64,000 nt of DNA, taken from the NCBI RefSeq assembly GCF_021869535.1, contig NW_026262679.1, forward strand, positions 101,060,001 to 101,124,000. The letters run 5' to 3'. Under the pieces are notes generated by a model that did no database searches, was not told the DNA's origin, and saw nothing but the letters and a program-made list of their open reading frames with translations. A program made the translations under genes and the position numbers. Source of the stretch: Mytilus californianus. Its lineage: Eukaryota. This document shows, in pieces, positions 24,396 to 38,659 of the stretch (position 1 is its first letter; each line of letters begins with the position of its first letter).

Positions 24396-27393
24396 TCACG
24401 TGTCTTCTTCGTCGTCTTCTGTCATATTTCCACAGAATATTGCAAACAAAACAGGATCTTCCATAAATGTAGTTATAAATTCTACCTTTGTTAGTTTATC
24501 GTCAACGTTTTTATCGCATATCTCAAACATTTTATCGGCTATTTGTCCTGGAGTTGGGTCGTATTTTGATCGTTTCTTCCTTAAATCTTTAACTGTCTGC
24601 AAATAAAATGTATAATACCAAAATTTAACCTTGAAATAGGAAGGCAAAAAGAACTAAAGGAACCAATTTACTCTTATAATATGTTATAAAATGTTAAACT
24701 TCAAATTCATGCAATTTTCGTAGAGGAGAAAAACAGACCTTCATCACAGAAAATATTTAATGAAGTTGTAATAAATGTAAGTATGCTAGCTCAGAAATAC
24801 TTTTAGATTTGCTACAATACAGTCCTTTTCTTTGTTTTATTTTGATTGGTGTTCAATAAAACTAAAATAAAAGAGATTGAACTTATAGTGTACCAACAAT
24901 TGTTTATGAGTACATATCTGTCGAGTTTAAGATACTTGTACTTAACATTATATATAGATTAACAGATGTATTGACCAGGGGCGGATCCAACCATTTAAAA
25001 AAAAAGGGGGGGGGGGGTCCCAACCCAGGATAAAAAGGGGGGTTCCAACTACATGTCCCCATTCAAATGAATTGATCGTCCAAAAAAAGGGGGGTCCAAC
25101 CCCCGGAAACCCCCCCCCCCCCCCCCCCCCCACTCCTGGATCCGCCACTGTTGACATCGTTTGCATAAAGTCGATTTCTATCCGACGCAGCTCACTTGTT
25201 GTTCAAGAGCAATGTCCTTTGGTTCTGCGAAAAGAACAACTTTTAGTTATTCAACAACATAGGCAGCGAAATATAGTCTGCCATGAGATAGAGAATAAAA
25301 GTTGGTAGAACATTTTCCCTTTATTTGAAAACAAAACTTGTTTCACGTTATTATTACGTTTCAACGGCTTTTGAATTTGATAATTTGAACTTTGCTTCAA
25401 CAACACCATTTAAAACTATTTTATAAAAAAGCCATTGCCTAATTCAAGTGTAGAGATTGATGGTGTTGGCGTTAAATGTACAAGTTGCCATTGTAAGCGT
25501 TCATGTGAATCACTCGTTTTAGTACCCCGAAGATTAAAAGTAACTATAACTGCTAGATACGAATGACAGCCAAACTAGAATAAAATCCAAATTGGGTAAG
25601 AAATTCTGAACACATGCGGTTCTGAATTTATTGATAATATTTCCTGTTTCTATTACAACTGACTTGGTAAAGTTATATGTTGTGGTTGCATTCGATAGTC
25701 TTCCTGTTTCTTAAATTTCCAAGTATGGAGTATATATCTCCTAAGTGATATTCCAGAGCTTGCATTTCCTGTCATGATTTCCTTGATAGAGGGTTGGTGC
25801 TTACAAAAAGGATATTAAATCAAGAATTCCGAGTGCTGAAGTTGAAATCATCCCTTGAAAATTTTTCGGACGCCATCAAGAGTTGGTTGAACATTATGGA
25901 ATATCTGTTTCACAGATGACGACAAATATGTTTCAATCTTCGTAACCACATTTCCATCCTCTTTTCCTTAAATATGACCCAACGAATAATACATTATCGC
26001 CAGGTTTGTACTTATAGGAGCAACACGATGGATGCAACATGTGGAGCAGGATCTGTAAACCCGTCCGGAGCACCTGATATCACCCATAGTTTTTAGTAGG
26101 TTTTGTATTAATCAGTCTTTAATTAGTTTTCTATTTTGTGTCTTATACACTGTCATTTGATCGTTTTTCGTTTTTTGCCATGGCATTGTCAGATTGTTGT
26201 CCACTTACGAGTTGGTTGCATTTTTTTTGTAGAACGTTTTACGTCTGGCATGCACAGTGTATGCATATTTTTGATGAAATGTCACAATATTCTTGTCAGA
26301 CAAGTAAAAATTGTATTATGTTTTTAAAAAAAATGTGTTGTGCTGTACCTGTGCGCGTGAATGTGTTTATTTGTGTGAATGAATTCAAAATGTATATAGC
26401 TGAATATACAGAATATACTTGTTACCTTATAAATTTTAATCATTTCTGGTCTTTCAATGGTACCGTTGCCATCAATGTCAAATAAATCGAACACCCAATT
26501 CAGTTTTTCCACTGGATCTGAAGTACATTCATGGTTCAAGAATAATAAAAATTCTTTAAAATTTATTTTCCCACTTTTATCTTTATCTGCAGCATGAAAA
26601 TAACGTTCAGCGAATTCGGAACTATTTTCTTTATAACAACCTTTCAAAAAGTCTTGAAAAGCTTCAAGTTTCATATTTCCATCCGGATTGATTTTCTGAA
26701 ATGAGATACAAACTATGCGAAGGTTTACAAATATCGTGAAACGGGAAACTTTGAAAAAGATGTCGTCAATTTTCATCCAGCTATAATTTCACTTGTCAAG
26801 CCCACAAACAAATACTAAGACTTCATTGTTGGTTGCAAAGGGTTTTCTGCTTGCTGATTTGATTCAAAAGTCTCTCTCATCCATTCAAAACACTATTGAC
26901 TATATTTAATACTAGTAACCATTATTTTACAATCATTGTAATCTATAGCCCGGCTACCATTATCTGTAATGCTTATAAAATTGATTAATTAATTTAAATC
27001 CCATTTTTCCATCCTAAAAAGTCTCAATGCTGACGAGGGTCTAACTAATGTTTTAATTTAGACGTAATATAGTATATCAGATTTATCGGACATTGTAATA
27101 GTCATTTCCATTTTCAGAATCTCTCTTTATACAATTAAATGAATGAAAAATTTAAATAAAACTAATACTGTAAAATAGCTGATCAATAAAAAAAAAATCG
27201 ATCTTCTATTTATCGTGGCAAAAATAAGAACAACATTTGTATGTGTTTGTCATATGTTACATGCATGTAGTTTGAAGCTATTCACCATGAATTCTTTATA
27301 AAACTCCATAATATCCGGTTTCCGGAAATCTGTATGTTTTTCTAGATATTCAAAGTCTTTTTCCGGTAAGTCTTTCCTCATTTGGTTTCCCAT
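24396..27393 (-). CDS. Neuronal calcium sensor/neurocalcin-like EF-hand protein, paralogue B, 192 aa, 3 coding exons
   Basis: Exons 27393-27286, 26695-26426 and 24596-24396, all phase 0 and GT-AG. N-terminal MG; non-canonical EF1 (NPDG); EF2 DKDKSGKINFKE; EF3 DIDGNGTIERPE preceded by KLNWVFDLF; EF4 DKNVDDKLTKVE. Confidence 0.93.
24976..25150. mobile_element. GC-rich MITE (CAGGGGCGGATCCA...TGGATCCGCCACTG) with 5-bp TSD TTGAC, in NCS-B intron 2
   Basis: ttgac|caggggcggatcca ... tggatccgccactg|ttgac. Confidence 0.9.
25722..25925 (+). mobile_element. Penelope-like retroelement RT C-terminal fragment, decayed; second copy at 59475-59640 (-)
   Basis: With stops and frameshifts it translates as YGVYIS...SRACISCHDFLDRGLVLTKRILNQEFRVLKLKSS...GRHQELVEHYGISVSQM. 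The family assignment is from memory of PLE motifs. Confidence 0.55.
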
Positions 27394-29444
27394 GTTTCAC
27401 TGTATTCCTATAATGAAACTACGAAAACAAAGACTAAAATATTGTATTAGTTAGCTCACTAGAATACAAGTTGGTATAGCTTGTCGAACATGTGGCAAGC
27501 CACTTTGACAAATGACGTGACATTTCAACTTTTTCATATACATTTTTAATCCGTAAAGCTGACCAGCATAGATATAAAAAGTAAACTAAAGAAGACCACC
27601 AACAAGGTTTCTCACTGACACTTCTGTGACGGGGTTATGCATTTAATTATTTTTTACGCACTCAGTTCTCCCCATTTCACCTCGATTGAAGGAATGAAAA
27701 AGTAAACACTACGTAACACGGGAAAGAAATCAAAACATGCACGATGGGGCTGTAAAACGTTTCCATGTGCTTGAGTTATAGGGTCCTATAGTTTTGTCAG
27801 TTAAACTTCATTTTCTTGCTTTTAATATAGAAACGAGAAGATGTGGTGTGATTGTCAATGAGACAACTGTCCACCATAGGACGAGATCGATGTAAACAAC
27901 TATAATAGGTCACCTTACGGCATTCAACAATGAGCAAAACCCATAACGTATAGTAATCTATATGTATAAAATGCCCCGGTATGACAAAATGTAAAACTAC
28001 TCAAAAAAGAAAACCATCGACGTGATTTATGCTAAAAACAATAATTAAAAAACAAATATGGCAGACAACAACCAAAGACAACCACTGATTTACAGTTAAT
28101 GACTTTTAACTTGAAAAAAGGCAGATACAGAATCCTGCGAGGTTAAACAGGTTTGTGATCGCTTAACCTTGAACAGTGGTGTACCAGCCGTTTTTATTAA
28201 TTGTTATGCAGTTTCCTCTTGAATTACAATGTATTTGCAAAGTCGGGCTTTTTTATACCATATGTTGTTCACTGCTGGTTTAAGTCTATTTGTCAGAGAA
28301 GTCGGAAGTTAGGGGTTTGTGTGATCTGTTATACTATCCAATATTTTAGTAATTTTTGTAAGCGTCTTTATGTACAATGTGTAAAGCAATTCCCTGTCAA
28401 ATTATCTTATGTATGTATTATATACATGCACATTGAGTAGCCCAAATGGATATATCTAATTTAAACCAACATATTATTGTCAATGCAAAATGACTTTTCA
28501 ATAATTTAGGAGGGGGTCTTTCAGCAATTTGATCACATGTTATTGAAAAGCATGATAAATGCAGGTTATCCATTTTTATTTAACGACATCTTGGTGTAAA
28601 TCGTGTTGTGTACCTTGGTTGTATAAATGTTCGTATCGTTTCTATATGTTACAGTGATACTGCCGGCTAATTTATTTCGGTATTTCTGTGCAAGCTATAA
28701 TCTATATAATTACCCCGCAGACATTGCGTGATCGACGTCTAGCAAAGCGCCACTGAAAACAGGTGCTAAGGGCAAACTTTAACTTGCAGTGAGGTTTTAC
28801 TCCATGTTGAAGGCTTTTTGTGACTTTGAGGTTAATAACAACAATCAAAGCGCTGTTCATTTGCTTTTGTTTTATTTTTATTTGAGCTTAGGGACCGTGC
28901 AATATTTATCAGACAGGTGGGGCCGGTGCAAACCACAGTAGGACAAACACATTTTTCATCCACTTCAGGCATATGGTCACCACTTTTTTCATCTTTGGTG
29001 ACCATAGGACATGAAGATATTTTTCAAACTATTGCTATCAAACAAAACATTTTATTAACTAATTTAAAATATCCAAACAAGAAACATTTGTACAATCAAT
29101 ACAATAGTTTATATTATGTACATGTATTTGTAAACTTATATTTATTTGTTATATTTAAAAGTATACTAGTAGTTTGTTTGTTAAAATATATTAAATTAAA
29201 AATATATGTTTCTAAACTTTTTTTTCTCAGTATACATGTGCTTTATAATAAAAATAAAATTGAGAATGAAACACACTAAAATGATATTTAGTAATTATTT
29301 ACAATGGTAATTGTTTGATTGGCAAATTTTATAAATGTTCAAGTATGCCATATATGCTCTTTATTTTTTGGCATAACTAATCATCTTTAATATATTATCA
29401 TGGAAATACATGATATCTTCATATTCATATGAAGTTAACTCATT

Positions 29445-30152
29445 TTTATGCCCCCGCCGTAGCGGAGGGGGCATTAAGTGTTACCCTTGTCCGTCCGTCC
29501 CGTACGTCCCCAAAATTGGTTTCCGTTCTCTAACTTTAGTTTGCCTCAACCAAATGTTATAAAACTTATACACAATGTTTATTACCATAAAACACAGGTC
29601 AAGTTTGAAATTGGATGGCGTCACTTTTACCGTTCATAAGCTATGTCCCTTTATAAACGTGAAAATTGTTGAATTATTCGTTTCCGTTCTCTAACTTTAG
29701 TTTGCCTCAACCAAATGTTATAAAACTTATACACAATGCTTATTATCACAAAACACAGATCAAATAAGTTTGAAATTGGGTGGCATCACTTTTACCGTTC
29801 ATGAGTTATGCCCCTTTATAAACATAAAAATTGCTGAATTTTTCGTTTCCGTTCTCTAATTTTAGTTTGCCTCAACCAAATGTTATACAACTTATACACA
29901 ATGCTTATTACCACAAAACACAGATCAAGTTTGAAGTTCTTGAGTTATTCCCCTTTATAAATGGAAAAATTGTAAATCTGTCGTTTCCGTTCTCTAACCT
30001 TAGTTTGCCTCAACCAAATAATATGAAACTTATACACAATGCTTATAATCGCAAAACGGTATTAACTACGTCAATCCAATCCTGCATCTGTATGTGGAAG
30101 TTGACTCATGCATATTTACAAGAGGGGGCATTTGTGGCCCATGGACACATTC
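29445..30152 (+). mobile_element. HINE type 2 with about four 140-165-bp internal repeats
   Basis: 5' tttttatgcccccgccgtagcggagggggcat, a (GTCC)n tract, repeated tttccgttctctaactttagtttgcctcaaccaaatg, and 3' gggggcat plus hairpin. Confidence 0.75.
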
Positions 30153-30419
30153 TCCATTTATTAATTCTAGATTTCCTTTCTTACTATCTGAAGCCCAACT
30201 AATGCCAATGCTTAATATAAAAATATACGGTAAAAGTCCAGAGAAAGCTTTCTCCCCATTTTTTAAACATCAAATATCTCGAAAAGGAGTTCCATATCCT
30301 ATCAATATTTTCAGCTTATCTGTTCCATATAAACTTATGCTTTTCTGATTTATAGTATCAATTTTAAATTCCAGATTTTTTAAATTTCACTTAACTACAA
30401 TCTTAAATGTCTTTTTTTT

Positions 30420-31930
30420 TATCTCACCTGGCCCAAAAGGGCCAAGTGAGCTTTTCTCATCACTTGGCGTCCGTCTTCTGTCGTCCATCGTCTGTCGTCC
30501 GTCGTCCGTCGTCGTCGTCATCCGTTAACTTTTACAAAAATCTTCTCCTCTGAAACTACTGGGCCAAATTAAACCAAACTTTGCCTAAATCATCCTTAGG
30601 GTATCTAGTTTAAAAAATTGCATTCCGATGACCACGCCCATTAACCAAGATGGCCGCCATGGCTAAAAATAGAACATGGGGGTAAAATGCAGTTTTTGGC
30701 TAACATCTCTGAAACTGAAGCATTTAGAGTAAATCTGACATGGGGTAAAAATGTTCATCAGGTCATGATCTATCTGCCCTGAAATTTTTATACGCATCAG
30801 ACAACCCGTTGTTGGGTTACTGCCCCTGAATTGGTAATTTTAAGGAAATTTTGCAGTTTTTGGTTATTATCTTGAATATTATATAATAGATAGAGATAAA
30901 CTGTAAACAGCAAAATTGTTCAGCAAAGTAAGCTCTACAAATAAGTCAACATGACCCAAATTGCCAATTGACCCCATAAGAAGCTATTGCCCTTTAAAGT
31001 CAATTTTTCACAATTTTTCGTAATTTTTTGTAATCTTTTACAAAAATCTTCTCCTCTGAATCTACTGGGCCAAATCAAACCAAACTTGGCCTAAATCATC
31101 CTTAGGGTATCTAGTTTAAAAAATGTTTCCAATGACCCCGCCCATCAACCAAGATGGCCGCCATGGCTAAAAATAGAACATGGGGGGTAAAATGCAGTTT
31201 TTGGCTTATAATTCTGAAACTAAAGCATTTAGAGCAAATCTGACATGGGGTAAAAATGTTCATCAGGTCAAGATCTATCTGCCCTGCAATATTCAAACGC
31301 ATCAGACAACCTGTTGTTGGGTTTCTGCCCCTGAATTGGTCATTTTAAGGAAATTTTGCAGTTTTTGGTTATTATCTTGAATATTATGATAGATAGGGAT
31401 AAACTCTAAACAGCAAAAATGTTCAGCAAAGTAAGCTCTACAAATAAGTCAACATGATCAAAATTTTCAATTGACCCATTTTTTCACAATTTTTCGTAAA
31501 GTTTTGTAATCTTTTACAGAAGTCTTTTCCACTTAATCTACTGGGCCAAATAGATTTAAACTAAGCCACAATTTTCAATAGGGTATCTTGATTGAAAAAT
31601 GTATCCGATGACCGTGTCATCCAACCAACATGGCCGCCATGGCTAAAAAAAGAACATAAGGGTTTACTATAGAAATCTAAGGGAAAATTGTAAAAAAACA
31701 ATTTCAAATGGTCACAACTTGAAAACTAATTCAAATAATGATAAAGGGTCTTCAGTAACTATTGTAAGACTACAACGGGATGACCTGCTTTAAATTTAAC
31801 TACTGGGCTGAATTAAACCAAACTTGGCCTCAATCATTATTAGGGTATCTAATACTATTTAATATGATTTTAACCTTATTTTACATGATTTCCAAAACCA
31901 CAGTAGACACAGGCTCTTGAGAGCCTCTAG
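30420..31930 (+). mobile_element. HINE type 1 (other subfamily) with about three 500-bp units
   Basis: ctcacctggcccaaaagggccaagtgagc 5' end, a GTC microsatellite, and a caggctcttgagagcctctagtttt 3' end. Confidence 0.85.
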
Positions 31931-34900
31931 TTTTGTTGTATTATTGATCGTGTACATACTTTAACAATTTTCAAAAACAGTTTTCATTGATGACTACAGG
32001 AAAAACAACCATCACTAAGGAAATCCTATCACTTATATATATATAGTGCCAGATTAATTCAGATAAAGTTAATAGGACATATACTTTTTTTCTGCATGCA
32101 AGTCATAGGACATTGAGTTTTTACAGCCCAAATCAGTATAGGACATTCACTTTTTAATACATTCAACCAGAATTTGCACCTGATAAATATTGCACGGTCC
32201 CTTAGTGAATTTTTGGCATGAATAAATACGCAATGCCCTTTCTTTTCATTATTATAAGTTCGCTTTTTGCAACCGAAATAGACATTGGATGAATCAAATA
32301 GTTTTTTGGTGAGATTTAGAGTAAAAAAGGTGAAATAGTTACTCAGTTTTTTTTACAAAATTACTAAATAATTCCCATTCCTTAGAGATTGGAGAAATGT
32401 TGAGAATATCGTTTAACTTTTTTTCTCCCTTTTGATAGAAGCATCAAAATGTATTTTACGCAATATTTAACTTTTACAAGTGTGTCTTTAAAAGAAAATT
32501 ACATTGTCAAAAAGAAGTAACCTTCTCAACTTATTCATTATTTCAGTTCAAGTTTGGAAATAAATTCACATAATACATTAGTGTCCTCTTCAAAGATTCA
32601 ACTTGAAGTCTTGATGCTAAAAAACAGTTTGTCTCAAGGATGTCATAACCTCTAAAAAGGTTTTTAAAGAGATCCCTCCTTGTGACGTCGACCTTTCCTA
32701 CAATCAAATGGTTGCTCCTATTTTATTCACAGAGTTGTGAATAGAATAAATGTTTTTTCTCTATATCTTTAACACTACAATTCCTCAAAACAAATAATTG
32801 TTTTTAATAAGACACGATTTTGACATGTAAAAATACTCTGTAGATTGCATACTTACAAGATGTAAAATTAATAGGTAGTAATACATATCCTAACTTACGA
32901 GCAATGTGTTGATAATTAAATATCCTCAGTACTTCTAATAACAATGACAAATTAAATCAGCGTAAACTTGTTTACATGTAGTTACAGTTTTGAGAATTGC
33001 TGCTTTTACATGTATTTTGTTTTGAAATTCACTGCATCACAAGTGTACATGTAACAAAATTGGCAACGGTTATACACAGTCACACATATCTTATTAGATA
33101 AATGCGTATTATTCATGATATTGTCAATCTAAATCTCTATCTTATATTATATATACAAGCTGCATTACGTGCATTCAGCACGTACAAAGAAAAAAAATAT
33201 GCTATAATAACGCCCGAGTCATATCGAAGTGTAGTCTAGCTACATTTCTGTTATTTTATCCAATTCATTATTTTTTAAAGGAAAACCATTTACTATTATC
33301 ATTTGGACTCAAGTTCAACTCTCATCTTTCTGCATGAATTTAAATACTTAATTCTGTCCACTACGAGTTCCATAAAGAGTATCCATTGACAGTTAATTGT
33401 TGTGCTTTGTGTGTCTATTTGAAATTTTGAGAGTGTTACTTACACACGCTTGAAATTCTAGGTCAACTTATATTAGACAGAAATTCAACAACACAGTGAC
33501 CATAAAACACATCCAAAGGTAACTCACTATACGGTCATCAACGTTGGCTAAACGCACATACCACATCGTTTCAAAAGCTGGATATGTCCTTAGTTAATGT
33601 CACCTTTACAATAATTCAAGAATACAGATAGGGGGCAAGGGGTCGAAGAGATATTTTTTGTTAACTTCGATAAACATTTTTTTCCAATAACATAGTACTT
33701 TTACAAGATTTTAAATCAACGTTGTTTTAAATTTTTATTATAAAAATTTACTAAAAACCATTTAAAGATGCACGATCAAAATATAAAAGGAAGACGCACT
33801 TAAAAAAATTGTTTGTTTAATTAAATCGATGTTACAGAAGCAAAAAAGCATAGATTTATAATAACGACGATACCATATAAAACCGCTTATACTGTTTTAC
33901 TACACAGACCACGTGTACATCGGTAAGTAGTTCAGTAGTTCAGTTGAAAACTCTTTCTTCAAAAGTGATGATTTTCTAAAAATTGTTTGTTATTTCACAA
34001 TGATATCACACTTTAACTTTGTTTAAACCTGTTTATCAACTTTTGACTTTAATTATTTATCCCTTGTAATTTTTTTATTAACTGTGTATTTGCATTCAGG
34101 TGTCACAGGTCAAATTTATTCGTTCATTGTGTGTTAATTTACGTTTTTTGATTGAGTTAAGCCTTCCAATTGATATTTTATAGTGTGTTTTTCTATGTTG
34201 TGATGTTATACTATTGTTTCAGAAAAGGGAGAAGGTTTGGAACCATTAAAACGTTTAATCCCGCTGCAAATGTTTGCACCTGTCCTAAGTCAGGAATCTG
34301 ATTACAGTAGTTGTCGTCTGTTTATGTAGTTCATACGTGTTTCTCGTTTCTCGTTTTTATATAGATTTAGACCGTTGGTTTTTCCGTTTGAATGGTTTTA
34401 CACTAGTAATTTTTTGGGGCCCTTTATAGCTTGCCGTTCGGTGTGAGCCAATGCTCCGTGTTGAAGGCCGTACCTTGACCTATAATGGTTTACTTTTATA
34501 AATTGTAACTTGGATGGAGAGTTGTCTCATTGGCACTCATACCACATCTTCCTATATCTACTATCTGTAAACAGTAGTACATGCTAACAGCATTTTTGAA
34601 CTAAGTCAAGATCTTGATATACTAAAAATGCACAATTGGGTTTGCTGTATCCCTTTAATGACTGTTACAAGGAGAAAAAAGAGTTGAACTAAACAAATTA
34701 AATGCAGGATTAAAAAATGTGTATGCTTGGAATAATAATTAATTATAATCAGTCACCGTGGTTCAGAAGATCATAAAACTAAGAAATTACCAAAAATATT
34801 GGACATATACCGTACCCGCATTAACAACACGCAAATCCTCAAAAGTTTACTATTAGAAAACTGTTTTTTTTTGTCATTTCAATGGTTGACTGATGAATAA

Positions 34901-37900
34901 AAAAGAGTTATTCGTAAACAACGAATTTGACAGTTGGTGCTACATGTTGAGCAGGAATGTTATAATTTAGGCAGATGTCTGTAGGGTCCATCGTACTGAA
35001 TATGCATGAAATATTTTTCCACTGGACGTTAAGCAAACACCAAATAGATATGTGGCTTTCAAAATTAAGGAAGATCCCATAAAGTATATGCCCTTTTTGG
35101 CTCAAATATTCTGTCCATTATTTCAAGACGAAGTTAATGTATACACACATGTTATCATGTGAAATGGAACAAGTTTTGTTCAACAATTTTTCTCAAAGGT
35201 TTATACTTTACACCCAAATAACACACACAAAGATACATATTATGATGAAAGATTTTAATTGTCGATGTATGTTCTTTAAGTCCGGTCATTATGGACATTT
35301 GGCGGTTTTCATTGAATGTGATGCTTTAAACTTTTAATCTATGTAATTTTGACGTCATAAAAGAACGTTGGTGCATATAAGGAACATAATACTAGTAAGC
35401 CTTTTCTTGTATGAAAGATATATTTATTTGTAAATGATTGTTTTCGAATAGGATACATTTATTTGTAATTTGAAATTTTAGCTAGAAAGAGGAGCCATAT
35501 TGGAGCCTTATCAAATCTATTCCTTGATATTTTTTTGAATGTAATGGGAATTTTCATTTAGTTTTGAAATAAAATAGTTCTGCTGAGATGTATTTTTTCT
35601 ATAATGTACATTTCCTAGCTTGTGAAAATATCAATTTGGCTATTTATCGATAAAAAAAAAACAAATAAAAAAATAATTTTAGGAGACAAGACAAGACCAG
35701 ACAAATACTTTATCAAAGTCTCACCTTATGTACATACATATAAAACATAGACATGTATAAACAACAGCTTATACATAAGCCACTCTAAAAAAAGTTACGC
35801 GAGACTGATTAAAACACATATACATAAAAGAAATGTATACACAAGCATTAAACCTATTTGTTACATCGACATATATAAAAGGTAAACAACAGCTTATACA
35901 TAAGCCACTCTAAAATGAGTAATAAGAAATTGATTAAAACATTTTAGCATAAAAGTAATGTATATACAATCATTAAACATATAAAACACAGTGTAAAATT
36001 GCATATCATCATTATTAAACATAAATAAAAGTTTTTCATCATCAATCATATCCATAAAACTATCGTCTAGCACGATTAAAAAGGCTATCACGTAAATCTG
36101 CATATATTGGACATTGCAATAAAACATGTTTTTCATTTTCAATATCATTACAATTAAAACACAACCTTTTTTCTAAACATATATTCTCGTATCTCCCTGT
36201 TTCTATTCGAATAGGTGCGACGCCACACCGAAATTTAGACATAGCACTCCTGTATTTACCAGGCATATTTTTAATCAAATAATTCTCAACACATAATACA
36301 TTTAAAATCTCTGAAAGTTCTTAATTTATTTGTATCATTAGACATCAATTTTCTTAACCAATCCTGCTTAAAATTTTCAAATAATATATTTTCGCTATCT
36401 TTTATATCACTCTTACTTAAAATATAATTAGTATTGCATAAATTATTCATACCAAGAATAATGAATTTGGCATTTACTCTAAATTGCATTTTTTTTATTC
36501 TACCCTTTCAATAGGAATTATTCCATAAAATTTTTTTTTTTATTTAACCTCTCATCACACATTTTTTTTAATCGTAAATTAACCAGTTTCTAAATACACA
36601 AGACCATTGTTTATTACTACAAGGCATCCAGCCCATATCACCATATAATGACAGATAAGGTGTGTATTTACCGACACCCACAAAAAAGCGAATGGCTCTA
36701 TTCTTCACACTATTAATACATTTTTGTAAATGTGGAGTACTGAAAACCTCCATTTGCTTTACACTTGGATATTAACAGCCCTAATGAACTTCTGGCGGAT
36801 TTTGCCACCGCTTTTGCAATATCATCATAACTCAAAAATTCAGTAAAAGTAAACCAAGATAATTATAATGAGATACAGTATCTATTTTGTTACCATTCAA
36901 TAAAAATGGAAAACAGTGGCGTAGCTAGACAAATGTTGAAGGTGAAGCCCAAATCGGCAGAGGGTCTGGGGCCGCCTAAGGCCCCCAGTGGGTCCAGGGC
37001 AAAGCCCTGGTAGGGGACCAAGCTCCTGGATTTTAGGGTTTTAGAACCACAATATGAACTGAAAATATTAAATATTAAGTTGTAGTCAGATACATTTTTG
37101 ATAGATACATGTCAGATAATTTTGTGAAAAAATAAATATTTTTCCTCAAAGAGACTGTAAAAACCAGGAGATTCCAGAGGGGTGAAAAAGTTATATTTAC
37201 TAAGACCAGTATAATAAAAACATCAACATTATAAATTGTTTGGATATTAAATGTAAACAATATATCCAGTTAAAGTGGGTACCAATGTTAGGGTCGGGAA
37301 GGCGCCTTCAAATTTGTTTAACCCCGCCACATTCGGTAAGTGCCTGTCCCAAGTCAGGAGCATGTAATTCAGTGTACTGGTTGTTGTTTATTGCTGTATA
37401 TCATATTTGTTTTTCTTTCATTATTTTGTATATAAATCATGTTTTCTCGTTTGAATTGTTTTTGTTTGGCATTTTGGGGCCTTTTTTAGCTGATGGGTTT
37501 TAATCATTGTCGAAGGCAGTACGGTGATCTATAGTTGTAAATTTCTGTGTCGTTTGGTCTCTTGTGAAGGGTTGTCTCATTGGCAAATATTACCATATTT
37601 TGTTTTACGTACTGATGGGCAGCGGAAAACAACTTACGAGGTCAACTAAATGAACATGGTTGTCGTTTGTTGATGTGGTTCATAAGTGTTTCTTGTTTTT
37701 TTTTATATAGATTAGACCGTTGGTTTTCCTGTTTGAATGGTTTGACACTAGTCATTTTTGGGGCCCTTTAGCTTGCTGTTCGGTGTGAACCAAGGCTCAG
37801 TGTTGAAGATCGCACTTTGACCTATAATGGTTTACTTTTACTAATCTGACTTGGATGGAGAGTTGTCTCATTGGCACTCATACCACATTTTCTTATATCT

Positions 37901-37926
37901 ATAGATGTAGACGAACGAATGGATAT

Positions 37927-38075
37927 CAGGGGCGGATCCAGACATTTTTAAAAGGGGGTTCCCAACCCAGGATAAAGGGGGGGTTCCAACTATATGTCCC
38001 CATTCAAATGCATTGATCGTCAAAAAAAAGGGGAGTTCCAACCCCCGGACCCCCCCCCACCTGGATCTACCACTG
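37927..38075. mobile_element. GC-rich MITE (same family as 24976) with 5-bp TSD GATAT, nested in the hAT element
   Basis: gatat|caggggcggatccag ... ctggatctaccactg|gatat. Confidence 0.88.
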
Positions 38076-38338
38076 GATATTTAGGTGCTGGCTCACCCTT
38101 GTCTTTGGCTGTATTAATTAACAACATATTTTTGATACAACATTATGCACGATTTCAAATTTCCTACCATGTTTTTCAGTGTATAAACTAAAAAAATTGC
38201 CTTGTTTTATTTAAAAAATACAAACTCAGTAGGGTAATTGTTCGTGGAACATTTCACTTTGTAGATACAGCCAGTTGAAACCTTATGCTTTGATATGAAT
38301 TATTAAAGAGTCAGAGTCAATCTCTCTCACCAGTGACT

Positions 38339-38659
38339 TTAAACATAAAAGCAAGCCTCCTGTCCTTTTTGGTTGCGAAAACAGTCAACTACTTTATCAA
38401 TGTCAATGGGCGTCTCCTTGTATGTGTGAAGGATACATAGCCCCGAAAGTCGTTCTGATGTCATCGTAGAACGCAGATATGATTTAACCTGGGGCATGAC
38501 ACTGAAACTACGTTCAGCGGTGGCAGTGGTCACTGGCATTGTCAAAAGAATAAACGACCAAGTGTTAATTTTTGGATAGATGTCAAAATTGGTCAAATTC
38601 AATCTTTTCTGCAAGAGTACCAGGGATTCCCCTCTGCTATAGCCCATCGTGCTTTCCAC
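38339..38659 (-). pseudogene. hAT transposase C-terminal dimerisation domain remnant (ZMYM1-like)
   Basis: YPKINTWSFILLTMPVTTATAERSFSVMPQVKSYLRSTMTSERLSGLCILH matches the hAT dimerisation consensus (P.ss...ERsFS.l..ik..LRstm..eRL..L). Confidence 0.88.

Larger units (their letters stand above)
28891..32201. mobile_element. PIF/Harbinger (Tourist)-type non-autonomous element, 22-bp perfect TIR and TTA TSD, carrying two nested HINEs
   Basis: tta|gggaccgtgcaatatttatcag ... ctgataaatattgcacggtccc|tta. Confidence 0.88.

Noticed and set aside
24948-25308. Gly/Pro-rich ORFs
   Set aside because: They come from the G/C homopolymer runs of the MITE.
34878-34920. CTGATGA with a short stem as a hammerhead
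   Set aside because: There is no GAAA core and no stem I or III.
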